A DNA stretch of 64,000 nucleotides, taken from Dethiobacter sp. GTDB taxonomy: Bacteria; Bacillota; Dethiobacteria; DTU022; UBA8154. The first letter of the stretch is position 1, and every line of letters begins with the position of its first letter. Of the stretch, positions 49,593 through 61,541 are shown piece by piece. The stretch is taken from assembly GCA_003605065.1 (NCBI GenBank), contig QZJM01000004.1, positions 4,863 through 68,862 on the forward strand, written 5' to 3'. The notes under the pieces are model-generated. The model was not told the DNA's origin and did no database searches. It worked only from the letters and a program-made list of their open reading frames with translations. Made by a program: the position numbers and the translations under genes.

Positions 49593-50600
49593 ATGACTGT
49601 GAAAGTCGGGATTAACGGGTTTGGAAGAGTGGCCAAATCTTGCCTGCGTGCTTCTTTTGCTCACCCCGATGTGGATGTTGTCGCTGTAAACAGTGTACGT
49701 GATCCTAAACTCCTGGCCCACTTGCTAACATATGATTCAGTTTACGGCATTTTTGATGCCCACGTAGAAGCACAGGGTCAGAGTTTACTTGTGAACGGGC
49801 AGCGGGTCCAAATCCTGGCACACAGGGATCCGTCCCTTTTGGCCTGGGGTGAAACAGGGGCCGAGATAGTGCTGGAGGCCACCGGGGCTTTTAACAAGCG
49901 GGAAGCTGCTGCGGGGCACTTTAAAGGCGGGGCTAAAAAAGTGATCATTACAGCACCCGGCAAACAAGTGGATGTAACGGTAGTTATGGGCGTAAACGAA
50001 GAGGATTACAATCCCGGGGAGCATCAGGTTATCTCCAATGCCTCCTGTACGACCAACTGCCTGGCGGTCGTTGTCAGGGTTTTACAGGAAAAGATGGGTA
50101 TAAAGCGTGCCTCTATGACCACGATCCATGCTTATACCAATGACCAGCGTATCCTGGATATCACTCACAATGATTATCGCCGGGCCAGGGCCGCAGGGGT
50201 TTCCATGATACCCACATCCACAGGAGCCGCCCGCAATATCAGCCTGGTGCTGCCCGAATTACAGGGGAAAATAAACGGAGTAGCCATCAGGGTGCCTACA
50301 TTTACTGTATCCCTGGTTGACCTGGTAGCTGAACTGGAAGTAGATGTAACTGCCGACGAGGTTAATGAGGCTTTTCTGGAAGCTTCCCGTGCTAAAATGA
50401 AGGGGTTTCTCGATGTTTCCTTTGAACCTCTGGTTTCCATTGATTATAAGCAAAGTACATATTCCGCCGTTGTGGATGCTCTTTCGACTATGGTTGTGGG
50501 AGAAAAAATGGTTAAGGTTATGGCCTGGTACGATAATGAATGGGGGTATTCCCAGCGGGTCCTCGATCTGGCTGCCTATGTTGCCGCCAGGGGCCTGTAA
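49593..50600 (+). CDS. gap: Type I glyceraldehyde-3-phosphate dehydrogenase
   Basis: GINGFGR, ASCTTNCL and WYDNEWGYS. Confidence 0.97.
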   Translation: MTVKVGINGFGRVAKSCLRASFAHPDVDVVAVNSVRDPKLLAHLLTYDSVYGIFDAHVEAQGQSLLVNGQRVQILAHRDPSLLAWGETGAEIVLEATGAFNKREAAAGHFKGGAKKVIITAPGKQVDVTVVMGVNEEDYNPGEHQVISNASCTTNCLAVVVRVLQEKMGIKRASMTTIHAYTNDQRILDITHNDYRRARAAGVSMIPTSTGAARNISLVLPELQGKINGVAIRVPTFTVSLVDLVAELEVDVTADEVNEAFLEASRAKMKGFLDVSFEPLVSIDYKQSTYSAVVDALSTMVVGEKMVKVMAWYDNEWGYSQRVLDLAAYVAARGL

Positions 50601-50627
50601 AAACTAATCCGGGGGTGCTATTAAACC

Positions 50628-51827
50628 TTGTCCAAATTAACTGTTAAGGATATTCCCGCAGAGGGAAAAAGAGTTTTTGTGCGGGTTGATTTTAATGTTC
50701 CCCTGTCACCGGAGGGGAGGGTCCTGGATGATACCAAAATTCGCGCCTCTCTTCCTACCATCAGGTATCTCCTGGAAAAAGGGAGCAGGCTAATCCTGGC
50801 CTCCCATCTGGGACGCCCTAAAGGGAAGGTAGTGGAGGCTCTGCGTATGGATCCGGTTGCAGAGCGGCTGTCACGGCTCCTGGGCCGGGAGGTATTAAAA
50901 AGTAATACCGTAGTAGGAGAGGAAGTAGTAAGGGCTGTGGAAGCCTTAAAACCCGGTGATATTCTCCTGCTGGAGAATATAAGGTTTGAGGCCGGAGAAG
51001 AGAAAAATGACCCCCAGTTTGCCGCTGCTTTAGCCCGGCTGGCCGATTTTTATGTTAATGACGCTTTTGGTACCGCGCACCGGGCCCATGCTTCTACTAA
51101 CGGCATCTCCCGTTTCCTGCCGGCAGTAGCCGGGCTGCTTATGGAGAAAGAAATTGTATACCTGTATAAAAGCAGGGAAAATCCTCCTTCGCCCCTTGTG
51201 GCCATCCTGGGCGGGAAAAAGGTTGCAGATAAAATCGGAGTTATACGGCATTTTATGGGCCATGCTGATAGTTTGCTTTTAGGAGGAGCAATGGCCAACA
51301 CGTTCCTGAAAGCCAGGGGCTATGTTATGGGCAGCTCTTTTTATGAAGAAGATAAACTTGACCTTGCTAGGGAAATCCTGGAGGAGGCCCCCAAAAATCA
51401 GGCCAGGATTTATCTGCCTTCAGATGTAGTCATCGTAGAGGAACTTCGTGCCCGGAGCCCCTTTAAAGTTGTAAAAGCGGAGAATATACCGGAGGGGTGG
51501 AGTGCCGTAGATATCGGGCCGGAAACTGTGGATACCTTCCAAAAGGCTATTCATGGTGCTAAAATGATTATCTGGAACGGCCCTCTAGGTGCTTATGAGT
51601 TTCCTCCTTTCCATAAAGGGACAGAAATGGTCGCCAGGTCCATAGCAGCAGCAAAGGCCGAATCTATTGTAGGAGGAGGCGATATTGTCGCTGCCCTGGA
51701 AGAATTGGGTCTCTCTGATCAAATTACGCATCTTTCCACCGGAGGAGGGGCCGTCCTGGAGTTCTGGGAAGGGAAGGAACTTCCCGGACTGACAGTTTTA
51801 CAGGAGCACAGCTTAACTGGAATTTAA
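50628..51827 (+). CDS. pgk: Phosphoglycerate kinase
   Basis: RVDFNVP, SHLGRP, NDAFGTAHRAH and STGGGA. Confidence 0.97.
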   Translation: MSKLTVKDIPAEGKRVFVRVDFNVPLSPEGRVLDDTKIRASLPTIRYLLEKGSRLILASHLGRPKGKVVEALRMDPVAERLSRLLGREVLKSNTVVGEEVVRAVEALKPGDILLLENIRFEAGEEKNDPQFAAALARLADFYVNDAFGTAHRAHASTNGISRFLPAVAGLLMEKEIVYLYKSRENPPSPLVAILGGKKVADKIGVIRHFMGHADSLLLGGAMANTFLKARGYVMGSSFYEEDKLDLAREILEEAPKNQARIYLPSDVVIVEELRARSPFKVVKAENIPEGWSAVDIGPETVDTFQKAIHGAKMIIWNGPLGAYEFPPFHKGTEMVARSIAAAKAESIVGGGDIVAALEELGLSDQITHLSTGGGAVLEFWEGKELPGLTVLQEHSLTGI

Positions 51828-51854
51828 AATGCGTAGATGAGGGTGAACAGGGTA

Positions 51855-52628
51855 ATGAGACAAACATTAATTGTCGCTAACTGGAAAATGTATAAGACCC
51901 TGGCAGAAGCAGAAGAATTTATGGAGCGTTTTACCGGTGAAATAGCGGGGGTTAGCGGTATCGAAACGGTAATTTGCGCCCCCTTTATTTCCCTGGCACG
52001 GCTTTCTGTTTTAATGGAAAGGACCACCCTGTTACTGGGGGCACAAAATATGCACTGGCAAAAAGAGGGAGCTTTCACCGGGGAAATCTCCCCTTTAATG
52101 TTAAGGGACTTAGGGATAAAATATGTTATTATCGGCCACTCCGAAAGACGCCTGCATTTTAATGAAAGCAATTTGCTTATTAAAAGGAAGGTGGCTTCTG
52201 CCTTTAATTTTGGGCTTATTCCCATTCTTTGTGTGGGTGAAAATTGGGAGCAGCATAGTTCCCAGGAGACAGAAAAGGTTATTAAGGAACAGTTGTTTAG
52301 TGCCCTGGAAGGGTTTACCTTGGAAAATGAGTTCATGACCAAAATGGTCCTGGCTTATGAACCGGTTTGGGCTATCGGTACGGGGACTGCCGCCCGTGGG
52401 GAGGAAGCTAATGCCGTAGCGGGCTTTATGCGCTCCCTGCTGCAGGAAAAATGGGGAGGAATTTCCGAAAAAGTGCGTATTCTTTACGGTGGCAGTGTAA
52501 ATGCGGACAATATTACGGAATTTACCGGTAAAGAGGATCTGGACGGTGCTTTGGTGGGCGGCAGCAGTTTGAATGTAGAAACCTTCGCCGGATTGCTCAA
52601 GGCTGTTTTTAACGAGAGGAGAGCTTGA
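51855..52628 (+). CDS. tpiA: Triosephosphate isomerase
   Basis: NWKM, GHSERR, AYEPVWAIGTG and YGGSV. Confidence 0.97.
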   Translation: MRQTLIVANWKMYKTLAEAEEFMERFTGEIAGVSGIETVICAPFISLARLSVLMERTTLLLGAQNMHWQKEGAFTGEISPLMLRDLGIKYVIIGHSERRLHFNESNLLIKRKVASAFNFGLIPILCVGENWEQHSSQETEKVIKEQLFSALEGFTLENEFMTKMVLAYEPVWAIGTGTAARGEEANAVAGFMRSLLQEKWGGISEKVRILYGGSVNADNITEFTGKEDLDGALVGGSSLNVETFAGLLKAVFNERRA

Positions 52629-52629
52629 T

Positions 52630-54171
52630 TTGCCAAAGGATGAAGGCCGTTTTCTGGTGCTTATTATTATGGACGGGTGGGGTTTGAAAGAGAGTGAAAG
52701 TGGAAACGCTATTTCCCTGGCGCATACTCCTAACGTGAACGAGCTTTGTCGAAAATTTCCCTGGACACGTCTGGCTTCCAGTGGTGAAGCGGTAGGCTTA
52801 CCGGAAAACCAGATGGGAAATTCAGAAGTTGGACATTTAAACCTTGGTGCGGGCCGCATCGTTTTTCAGGATATGCTTCGTATCAGCAACTCCATTGAAG
52901 ATGGCAGTTTTTATAGGAACGAAGTTTTTTTAACTGTACTGCAAAAAGTTAAGGAAAACAATTCCACGCTTCATCTCATGGGGTTATTGTCTGACGGTGG
53001 GGTACACAGCCACAATACCCACCTCTACGCCCTTCTAAATCTTGCTAAAATTGCCGGACTGTCAAAAGTTAGTGTACATGCTATCCTGGATGGAAGAGAT
53101 ACGCCTCCCATGAGCGCGGCAAAATACCTGGAAGAACTGGAACGGGAAATTGCCAGCCTGGGAACAGGACAGGTGGCCAGTATAGCGGGGCGTTATTACA
53201 GCATGGATCGTGACCGGCGCTGGGACCGGACCGAAAAGGCCTATCGGGCTTATGTTTATGGCGAAGGAGAAAGGGCGGGCAGCAGCCTGGCAGCCCTGGG
53301 AGCAGCTTACCAGAGAGCAGAAACAGACGAGTTTGTTTCCCCCACGGTTATCTTAAACGAATACGGCCACCCCTCTTCATTAATCAATAACGGGGATGGG
53401 TTAATATTTTTCAACTTTCGTTCTGATCGGGCACGGCAGATAAGCAGGACTTTAGTGGACAAGGATTTTCAGGATTTTGCCCGGGGTGCAAGCCCCACTT
53501 TCCCCTATTATGTGTGTTTTACGGAATATGATCCCCGTTTAAAAGTACCGGTGGCCTTTCCTTCCGAATACCTGTCGGGTACTCTGGGAGAGGTTATTTC
53601 CAGGGCAGGATTCAAACAGCTCAGGGTTGCCGAAACGGAGAAATATGCTCATGTGACATATTTTTTTAACGGGGGCAGGGAAGAAGCCTATCCGGGGGAA
53701 GACAGGATTATGGTTCCTTCTCCCCGTGTTCCTACTTACGATTTTAAACCGGAGATGAGCGCCCCGGAAGTTACCGATGAAGTTTTAAAAGCGCTGGGTA
53801 CGGATAAATATATGCTTATTGTTGTTAATTATGCCAATGCTGATATGGTCGGGCATACGGGTAAGCTGGAGGCGGCCATAAGAGCAGTGGAGGCGGTTGA
53901 CAGGGAGATAGGCAGGGTAATTTCCAGGGTGTTACAAAAAGGGGGTATGGCCATCGTAACCTCAGATCACGGTAATGCAGAAAAAATGCTGGACGAGGAG
54001 GAAAAATATCATACGGCCCATACCAGCAATGACACCCCTTTTATCCTGGTATCGTCACAAACAGAATACAGCCTGCCCCTGCGGGGAAAGCTAGCTGATG
54101 TGGCCCCGACTATTTTAAAATTACTTTCACTGCCTGTTTCTTTGGAGATGAGCGGCTTATCCTTGATCTGA
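52630..54171 (+). CDS. gpmI: 2,3-bisphosphoglycerate-independent phosphoglycerate mutase
   Basis: MDGWG, MGNSEVGH, ETEKYAHVT, DMVGHTG and SDHGN. Confidence 0.97.
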   Translation: MPKDEGRFLVLIIMDGWGLKESESGNAISLAHTPNVNELCRKFPWTRLASSGEAVGLPENQMGNSEVGHLNLGAGRIVFQDMLRISNSIEDGSFYRNEVFLTVLQKVKENNSTLHLMGLLSDGGVHSHNTHLYALLNLAKIAGLSKVSVHAILDGRDTPPMSAAKYLEELEREIASLGTGQVASIAGRYYSMDRDRRWDRTEKAYRAYVYGEGERAGSSLAALGAAYQRAETDEFVSPTVILNEYGHPSSLINNGDGLIFFNFRSDRARQISRTLVDKDFQDFARGASPTFPYYVCFTEYDPRLKVPVAFPSEYLSGTLGEVISRAGFKQLRVAETEKYAHVTYFFNGGREEAYPGEDRIMVPSPRVPTYDFKPEMSAPEVTDEVLKALGTDKYMLIVVNYANADMVGHTGKLEAAIRAVEAVDREIGRVISRVLQKGGMAIVTSDHGNAEKMLDEEEKYHTAHTSNDTPFILVSSQTEYSLPLRGKLADVAPTILKLLSLPVSLEMSGLSLI

Positions 54172-54230
54172 GAGGCGAAATATTTCGCCCTGGAGAAAAA
54201 CAATTTTTTAATTAACTTTTACCAGAGTGA

Positions 54231-55520
<1,290 letters not shown>

Positions 55521-55593
55521 GGATTACTTGTCAGCACCATTTTATTATGGTAAAATAACCGTGGTGTTTTGCAGAGAATTTATTTAAGAGAAG

Positions 55594-55830
55594 GTGGGTA
55601 TTTTGAGGTTAGCGCTGATTATTATTTATGTTGTGGTCTGTCTTTCTTTAATCGCTACCGTTTTGCTCCAATCCGGACGGAGTGCGGGGCTTTCCGGTGC
55701 CATAACCGGAGGGGCCCAGTCACTTTTTGGTAAGAAAAAGGGCATGGATGATTTACTGGGTCGTATTTCCACCGGTCTTGCTGTCGGATTTATGATCCTG
55801 GCCATTGTCCTAACCATCTTGGCCAGTTAA
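55594..55830 (+). CDS. secG: Preprotein translocase subunit SecG
   Basis: VLLQSGRSAGLSGAITGG; two TM segments; follows eno. Confidence 0.95.
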   Translation: MGILRLALIIIYVVVCLSLIATVLLQSGRSAGLSGAITGGAQSLFGKKKGMDDLLGRISTGLAVGFMILAIVLTILAS

Positions 55831-55957
55831 TTTAAACAGACAAGGATTAAATACCGGAAGAAGGGAGGGGGTAAACAGGAGTATTATATTTTTAGAATAT
55901 TTCTTAGAATCTTACTTAGACTTCTTGCTCAGGTTTAAAAAAAGGAGGAGGTAAAGA

Positions 55958-57919
55958 GTGGAGTTATTTTCTTTAGTACCCATCGCTGGTGTTATCGGTA
56001 TTATTTTTGCAATTATCCTCTGGGTTCGCGTAGCTAAAGTAGATCCCGGAAACGAGCGGATGCAGGAAATCGCCGCTGCCATTCATGAAGGGGCCATGGC
56101 TTTTCTCAACAGGGAATACCGTACCCTGGGTATTTTTGCTGTTGTCCTTTTTTTCGTGTTGGGGTTTTTTATTAATTGGAGTACGGCTATTTGTTTCATT
56201 GTGGGCGCACTTTTTTCCGGTACCGCAGGTTATGCAGGGATGAATATAGCCACCATCGCTAATGTGCGTACTGCCAGCTCCGCCCGCAAGGGGGTCAATG
56301 AAGCTCTCAATGTGGCTTTTTCCAGCGGCTCCGTTATGGGAATGATGGTAGCAGGAATCGGGCTTTTAGGCCTCGGTATCCTTTATTTCATTTTCCGCGA
56401 TCCCACCATCGTGAATGGTTATGCTCTGGGAGCCAGCTCCATTGCATTGTTTGCCCGTGTTGGTGGCGGCATCTATACCAAGGCTGCCGATGTTGGCTCA
56501 GACCTTGTGGGCAAGGTAGAAGCGGGAATTCCGGAAGATGATCCCCGCAATGCCGGAGTTATTGCCGATAACGTCGGGGACAACGTGGGTGATGTGGCCG
56601 GCATGGGAGCAGACCTTTTCGAATCTTATGTGGGATCCATGATCGCCACTATGACCGTGGGTGTCCTCGTTTTCGGATTAGCCGGAGTATTACTGCCTCT
56701 CCTGGTTGCCTCGGTAGGAATTATCGCTTCTATCATAGGCTTTTTCTTTGTGCGCGCCAAAGAAGGAGTGCGCCTTGGCGCCGCCTTGGAGCGTTCCACT
56801 TTGGTGGCGGCGGTAATCGTGATCATTGCTTCATATTTCCTTTCCATGAATGTTTTAAATCAAATCGGGCCTTTCATCGCCATTATTGCCGGACTCCTGG
56901 CGGGGGTTCTTATCGGCAAGCTGACAGATTACTATACCTCTTACCACTTTAAGCCCGTTCAGGAACTGGCCAGAGCTTCCCAGACAGGCAGCGCCACCAA
57001 CATTATCAGCGGGCTGGCCCTGGGTATGGGCAGTACCACCCTTCCCCTCTTTACGATAGTTGTGGCCATAATTGTTGCTTACTTAGCGGCGGGTGTTTAT
57101 GGCATTGCCATAGCAGCCGTGGGGATGCTTTCCACCGTAGGGACTACAGTTTCCGTTGACGCCTATGGCCCTGTAGCCGATAACGCCGGTGGTATTGCCG
57201 AAATGTCAAAACTGGATCCCCACGTCAGGGAGATTACAGATGAGCTGGATGCCGTGGGCAACACCACAGCAGCTATCGGCAAAGGATTTGCCATCGGTTC
57301 AGCTGCTTTAACAGCACTGGCTCTCTTTACGGCTTATACACAGGCAGCCCAGATTGATATTATTAACATAACGGAAGCAAGGGTAATTGCCGGACTCTTT
57401 ATCGGGGGTATGATCATCTTCTTTACGTCCTCCCAAACTATGAAGGCTGTGGGACGGGCCGCTTTTGACCTTATTGAGGAGATTCGCCGCCAGTTCCGGG
57501 AAATCCCGGGCCTCATGGAAGGAACGGCCAGGCCTGAATATGCCCGTTGTGTAGATATCAGCACAGCCGCCGCCCTCAAAGAAATGATCGTTCCCGGGCT
57601 TGTTGCCGTCATAGTTCCCATAGCTGTCGGTTTAATTCCTTTCCTGGGTAGAGAAGCCCTGGGGGGACTTTTAGCCGGTGCGCTGGTCACAGGGGTTCTC
57701 ATGGCTATCTTTATGGCTAACTCCGGCGGTGCCTGGGATAATGCCAAGAAGTGGATCGAGACAGGACAGCTGGGCGGTAAGGGAAGCGAAACACATAAGG
57801 CTGCCGTAGTGGGTGACACGGTAGGCGATCCCTTTAAAGATACCGCCGGTCCTTCCATCAATATTCTTATCAAGCTGATGAGTATTGTAGCCCTGGTTTT
57901 TGCGCCGCTGTTCTTCTAG
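55958..57919 (+). CDS. hppA: Membrane-bound ion-pumping pyrophosphatase, K+-dependent, probably Na+-translocating
   Basis: [36 protein letters not shown] and [11 protein letters not shown]. Confidence 0.95.
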   Translation: MELFSLVPIAGVIGIIFAIILWVRVAKVDPGNERMQEIAAAIHEGAMAFLNREYRTLGIFAVVLFFVLGFFINWSTAICFIVGALFSGTAGYAGMNIATIANVRTASSARKGVNEALNVAFSSGSVMGMMVAGIGLLGLGILYFIFRDPTIVNGYALGASSIALFARVGGGIYTKAADVGSDLVGKVEAGIPEDDPRNAGVIADNVGDNVGDVAGMGADLFESYVGSMIATMTVGVLVFGLAGVLLPLLVASVGIIASIIGFFFVRAKEGVRLGAALERSTLVAAVIVIIASYFLSMNVLNQIGPFIAIIAGLLAGVLIGKLTDYYTSYHFKPVQELARASQTGSATNIISGLALGMGSTTLPLFTIVVAIIVAYLAAGVYGIAIAAVGMLSTVGTTVSVDAYGPVADNAGGIAEMSKLDPHVREITDELDAVGNTTAAIGKGFAIGSAALTALALFTAYTQAAQIDIINITEARVIAGLFIGGMIIFFTSSQTMKAVGRAAFDLIEEIRRQFREIPGLMEGTARPEYARCVDISTAAALKEMIVPGLVAVIVPIAVGLIPFLGREALGGLLAGALVTGVLMAIFMANSGGAWDNAKKWIETGQLGGKGSETHKAAVVGDTVGDPFKDTAGPSINILIKLMSIVALVFAPLFF

Positions 57920-57943
57920 AATTAAAATCAGGTGGCAGTTTTA

Positions 57944-57975
57944 AAGAGAGTAAGTTCATCTTGCTCTCTTTTATT
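57944..57975 (+). terminator. Intrinsic terminator after hppA
   Basis: AAGAGAGTAAG-ttcat-CTTGCTCTCTT followed by Ts. Confidence 0.6.
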
Positions 57976-58044
57976 TCCGTATAATATTGGGTATAATAAA
58001 GGTAACATTTGGAAAAATTTAAAGGAGTTAAAACGAAGTTTATT

Positions 58045-60177
58045 ATGAGTATTAAGAAAAAACAGGTATTAAGCTATCTTTTTCAGGAAGAGTACAAACC
58101 GTTGACCTTGGAGGGGCTACAAAAGGCCCTTCATATTTATAAAGAGGAAGATATCCAGGAATTATTTCAGCTGCTGTCTTCTCTGGAAAAAGAAGGTTCC
58201 GTATTTAAAACCCGGCAGGGCCGCTACATCCCGTTAAGGGGAATGGGACTGCTGGTTGGAGTATTACAGGGGCATTCCCAGGGATATGCTTTCCTTCTTC
58301 CGGAAACTCCCGGTGAGCCGGATGTGTTTATACCATCTGAAAAGTTGAAGGGCGCCATGCATAAAGATCGGGTTATGGTACGCCTGCAGAAAGATTCACA
58401 CGATGGGCGGCGTCGCCGTGAAGGGGAGGTTGTCCGGATCCTTAAGCGCGGCAATCCCAATCTAGTTGGTACATACAGTGGGAACCGGCACAGCGGCGTT
58501 GCTCTGCCCGATGACCGGCGCCTTTCCGAGATAAGCATTCCCCGGGGAAGCCGTGAAGCCAGGCCCGGAGACAAAGTGCTCATAAATATTACGCGCTGGC
58601 CGGACAATTTTCATGCTCTACCTGAGGGTAAAATTGTGGAGGTGATCGGTTCTACAGGAGAGCCCGGTGTTGATATAACTTCAATCCAGCTAAAATTCGG
58701 CCTGCCCTCCACTTTTCCGGCCAAGGTGCTGAAAGAGGTTGAGCACCTTGATGAAAAGCATATCCTGGAGGCTGCCAGAGAAGAAAACCGCCAGGATTTG
58801 CGCTCGCTGGCTATGGTAACTATTGATGATGAAGATGCCAGAGACCTGGATGATGCTGTTTCCCTGGAAAGAAGGGAAAGCGGTTACAGGCTGGGGGTAC
58901 ATATTGCCGACGTGAGTTACTATGTTAAAGAAGGAAGCGCCCTGGACCGGGAAGCCGCCAGGAGGGCTACCAGTGTATATTTCCCGGACAGGGTTATCCC
59001 CATGCTGCCTCCCCGGCTTTCCAACGGGATCTGCAGTTTAAACCCGGGCATTCCCCGCCTGGCCATCAGCGTTTTTATGGATTTGAACCAGGACGGGAAA
59101 CTGGAAAAGTACGTTTTTTATCCCAGCGTTATCTGTATTGATGAGCGCATGGCCTACAGCGATGTAAACCGCATCCTGGAGGGGGATGACATCCTGGAAA
59201 AAAAATACAGCGGCTTTGTACAGGCTTTTATAGATATGGCCGCACTGGCCGAAAAATTGAAAGAGAAGAGGATCAAACGGGGTGCACTGGATTTTAATTT
59301 TCCGGAAGCGAAAGTTAAGCTTGATAAACAGGGGAAACCCCTGGAAATAAAGGTGAGAAGGGGCGGGCGTGCCGAATCGATTATTGAAGAATTTATGCTC
59401 CTCTGCAATGAAGTTATCGCTGCTCATTTTCACCGGCAAAAAGTTCCCTTTGTTTACCGCGTGCATGAACGCCCTGAAGAGGAGAAACTTTATGGCCTGC
59501 GTGACTTTTTAAGCCTGTTTAATATTAAACTGGAAGGAGATCTGAGCAGGATTTCTCCGCGGCACTTTCAAAAAACAATGGAGGCTGTAAAAGATACCCC
59601 TGTGGAAAAAATTGTAAACTATGTTTTGTTACGCTCGTTACCCCAGGCGCGGTACAGCGTATCTTCCCTGGGCCACTTTGGCCTGGCGACAAAATACTAT
59701 ACGCACTTTACCTCCCCGATCCGTCGTTATCCTGATCTGCTGGTACATCGTATTTTACGCTATACACTGGGGGGAACTCTGTCTGCAGAAGAATCCCGCA
59801 GACTGACAAACCATCTCCCCCAACTGGTGCAGCATTCCTCGGAGCAGGAGCGCATTGCCGTGGAGGCGGAAAGGGAAAGCATGGATTTAAAGAAGGTAGA
59901 ATTCATGGAGGATAAGGTAGGCAGCGAATATTCTGCTGTTATCAGCGGGGTAACTTCTTTTGGCTTTTTCGTGGAACTGGATAACACCGTGGAAGGCCTG
60001 ATACACGTTACCCGTCTGGAAGATGATTTCTACCATTTTGATGAAAAGCGATATGCGCTGGTAGGAGAGCGCAGCAGGAAGGCATACCGCCTTGGGGATT
60101 TCATAAAGGTCCGCCTGGAAAGAGTAGACAAGGAAACCAGAACTCTTTATTTTGCCCCTTTGAGCCCGGGGTTTTAA
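58045..60177 (+). CDS. rnr: Ribonuclease R
   Basis: TIDDEDARDLDDA, HIADVS, IEEFML, YTHFTSPIRRYPDL and an S1 domain; the start could be 58009. Confidence 0.96.
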   Translation: MSIKKKQVLSYLFQEEYKPLTLEGLQKALHIYKEEDIQELFQLLSSLEKEGSVFKTRQGRYIPLRGMGLLVGVLQGHSQGYAFLLPETPGEPDVFIPSEKLKGAMHKDRVMVRLQKDSHDGRRRREGEVVRILKRGNPNLVGTYSGNRHSGVALPDDRRLSEISIPRGSREARPGDKVLINITRWPDNFHALPEGKIVEVIGSTGEPGVDITSIQLKFGLPSTFPAKVLKEVEHLDEKHILEAAREENRQDLRSLAMVTIDDEDARDLDDAVSLERRESGYRLGVHIADVSYYVKEGSALDREAARRATSVYFPDRVIPMLPPRLSNGICSLNPGIPRLAISVFMDLNQDGKLEKYVFYPSVICIDERMAYSDVNRILEGDDILEKKYSGFVQAFIDMAALAEKLKEKRIKRGALDFNFPEAKVKLDKQGKPLEIKVRRGGRAESIIEEFMLLCNEVIAAHFHRQKVPFVYRVHERPEEEKLYGLRDFLSLFNIKLEGDLSRISPRHFQKTMEAVKDTPVEKIVNYVLLRSLPQARYSVSSLGHFGLATKYYTHFTSPIRRYPDLLVHRILRYTLGGTLSAEESRRLTNHLPQLVQHSSEQERIAVEAERESMDLKKVEFMEDKVGSEYSAVISGVTSFGFFVELDNTVEGLIHVTRLEDDFYHFDEKRYALVGERSRKAYRLGDFIKVRLERVDKETRTLYFAPLSPGF

Positions 60178-60199
60178 GTTGAAACCCCCTATAATGTCC

Positions 60200-60229
60200 T
60201 TGAAAACGGGTAGAATGATGTGTTATAAT
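60200..60229 (+). promoter_or_regulatory. Sigma-A promoter of smpB
   Basis: TTGAAA-18 nt-TATAAT with an extended -10 TG. Confidence 0.6.
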
Positions 60230-60350
60230 TAGACCAGACATTTGAGCCAAAAGAATAATTTTGTATATGTAACAGAATTGAAAGCCCTACCAGTTTATTA
60301 AAGAGACCAACATCGGTAGGGTTCAATTATCAAGGAAAGGGGATAAGCAA

Positions 60351-60830
60351 ATAACAGGAAGAGCAGGCAAACCTGGAAACAAGATCCTGGCCCAAAACCG
60401 CAAAGCCAGGTACCAGTATTTTATAGAAGAAACCCTGGAAGCTGGTATTGCCCTTCACGGAACGGAAGTTAAATCGGTACGCCAGGGAAGGGTTAACTTG
60501 AGAGACAGCTATGCCCGGGTTGAGAACGGGGAGCTTTTTCTGTATAATATGCATATCAGCCCTTATGATCTCGGTAATCGTTTTAATCATGATCCTTTGC
60601 GTTTACGCAAGCTTCTTATGCACCGCCGGGAAATTAACAGGCTGGCAGGTTATGTCCAGGGAAAAGGTTATACCCTGGTTCCCCTGAGCATATACCTGAC
60701 AGGCAGCAGGGTAAAAATAGAGCTGGCTGTGGCCAGGGGAAAGAAAGAATTTGACAAGAGACACACTATTGCCGAAAGAGATGCCAGGCGGGAATTGGAA
60801 AGAAATTTCAAGGAAAAAAATTATAATTAA
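60351..60830 (+). CDS. smpB: SsrA-binding protein (apparent ATA start)
   Basis: In-frame upstream extension [34 protein letters not shown], then [10 protein letters not shown] and RGKKEFDKR. Confidence 0.93.
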   Translation: MTGRAGKPGNKILAQNRKARYQYFIEETLEAGIALHGTEVKSVRQGRVNLRDSYARVENGELFLYNMHISPYDLGNRFNHDPLRLRKLLMHRREINRLAGYVQGKGYTLVPLSIYLTGSRVKIELAVARGKKEFDKRHTIAERDARRELERNFKEKNYN

Positions 60831-60851
60831 AATTATGAAGAAAACAATTTT

Positions 60852-61201
60852 GGGGGTGTAATGGGTTCGACGGGGGTAGAAGAGGCAAGAGAAGCGGGTC
60901 CAGGACCATGGCCTGGTTAAAACATGGAACGGCTATAACTGCCAACAATAGACTAGCTCTCGCTGCTTAATTAAGCAGCCGCTTGCCTTCTCCCTGCCTG
61001 CAGGAAAAGAGCAGGTGTCATAGCAGCAGGCTATCCGGATGGAGGCCGCTCCTCCTTCACCCGGGGAAACTAAAGGAGATAGCTTGTGCAGCATCTTGCT
61101 CCGGAGAGGCTGTACTGCGAAAACTAAACCCAGGGCTACGCTCGTAGATGCTCTTGTGGCTTTGCCTTCGGACGCGGGTTCGATTCCCGCCACCTCCACC
61201 A
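60852..61201 (+). ncRNA. ssrA: tmRNA; tag (A)ANNRLALAA encoded at 60941-60970
   Basis: GGGGGTG...GGTTCGACGGG 5' end; GGACGCGGGTTCGATTCCCGCCACCTCCACCA 3' end with a G3-U pair; follows smpB. Confidence 0.96.
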
Positions 61202-61236
61202 AAATTTGTTGACTTAAACAAGCTTTTGTAACTGAG

Positions 61237-61275
61237 AAGCATAAAGCTGCCGTTACGGCAGCTTTATGCTTTTAA
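61237..61275 (+). terminator. Intrinsic terminator after ssrA
   Basis: 16-bp perfect stem AAGCATAAAGCTGCCG/CGGCAGCTTTATGCTT followed by Ts. Confidence 0.85.
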
Positions 61276-61541
61276 TTTTGTGTAATCTTATTGGGGACTA
61301 CAGAAAGTCCCCTGTTTTTATCTTGTCCAGCGCGTTGGTTCTCTAAACGATGCCAGGACCACTTTATCAAATATGTAGCAAATGATGTGGAATTAATGGT
61401 ATAATATATTGGGAAAAATTCTAAATTTCAGGGTGAACTTACTCCCTCCATGAATTGGACCGGCATCCCAGCGCCCGATGACACATTTCAGATTAGCTCC
61501 TGTCGTTCCTCAACAGTCCTCCCCGAAGGGAAAGGTGAGCA

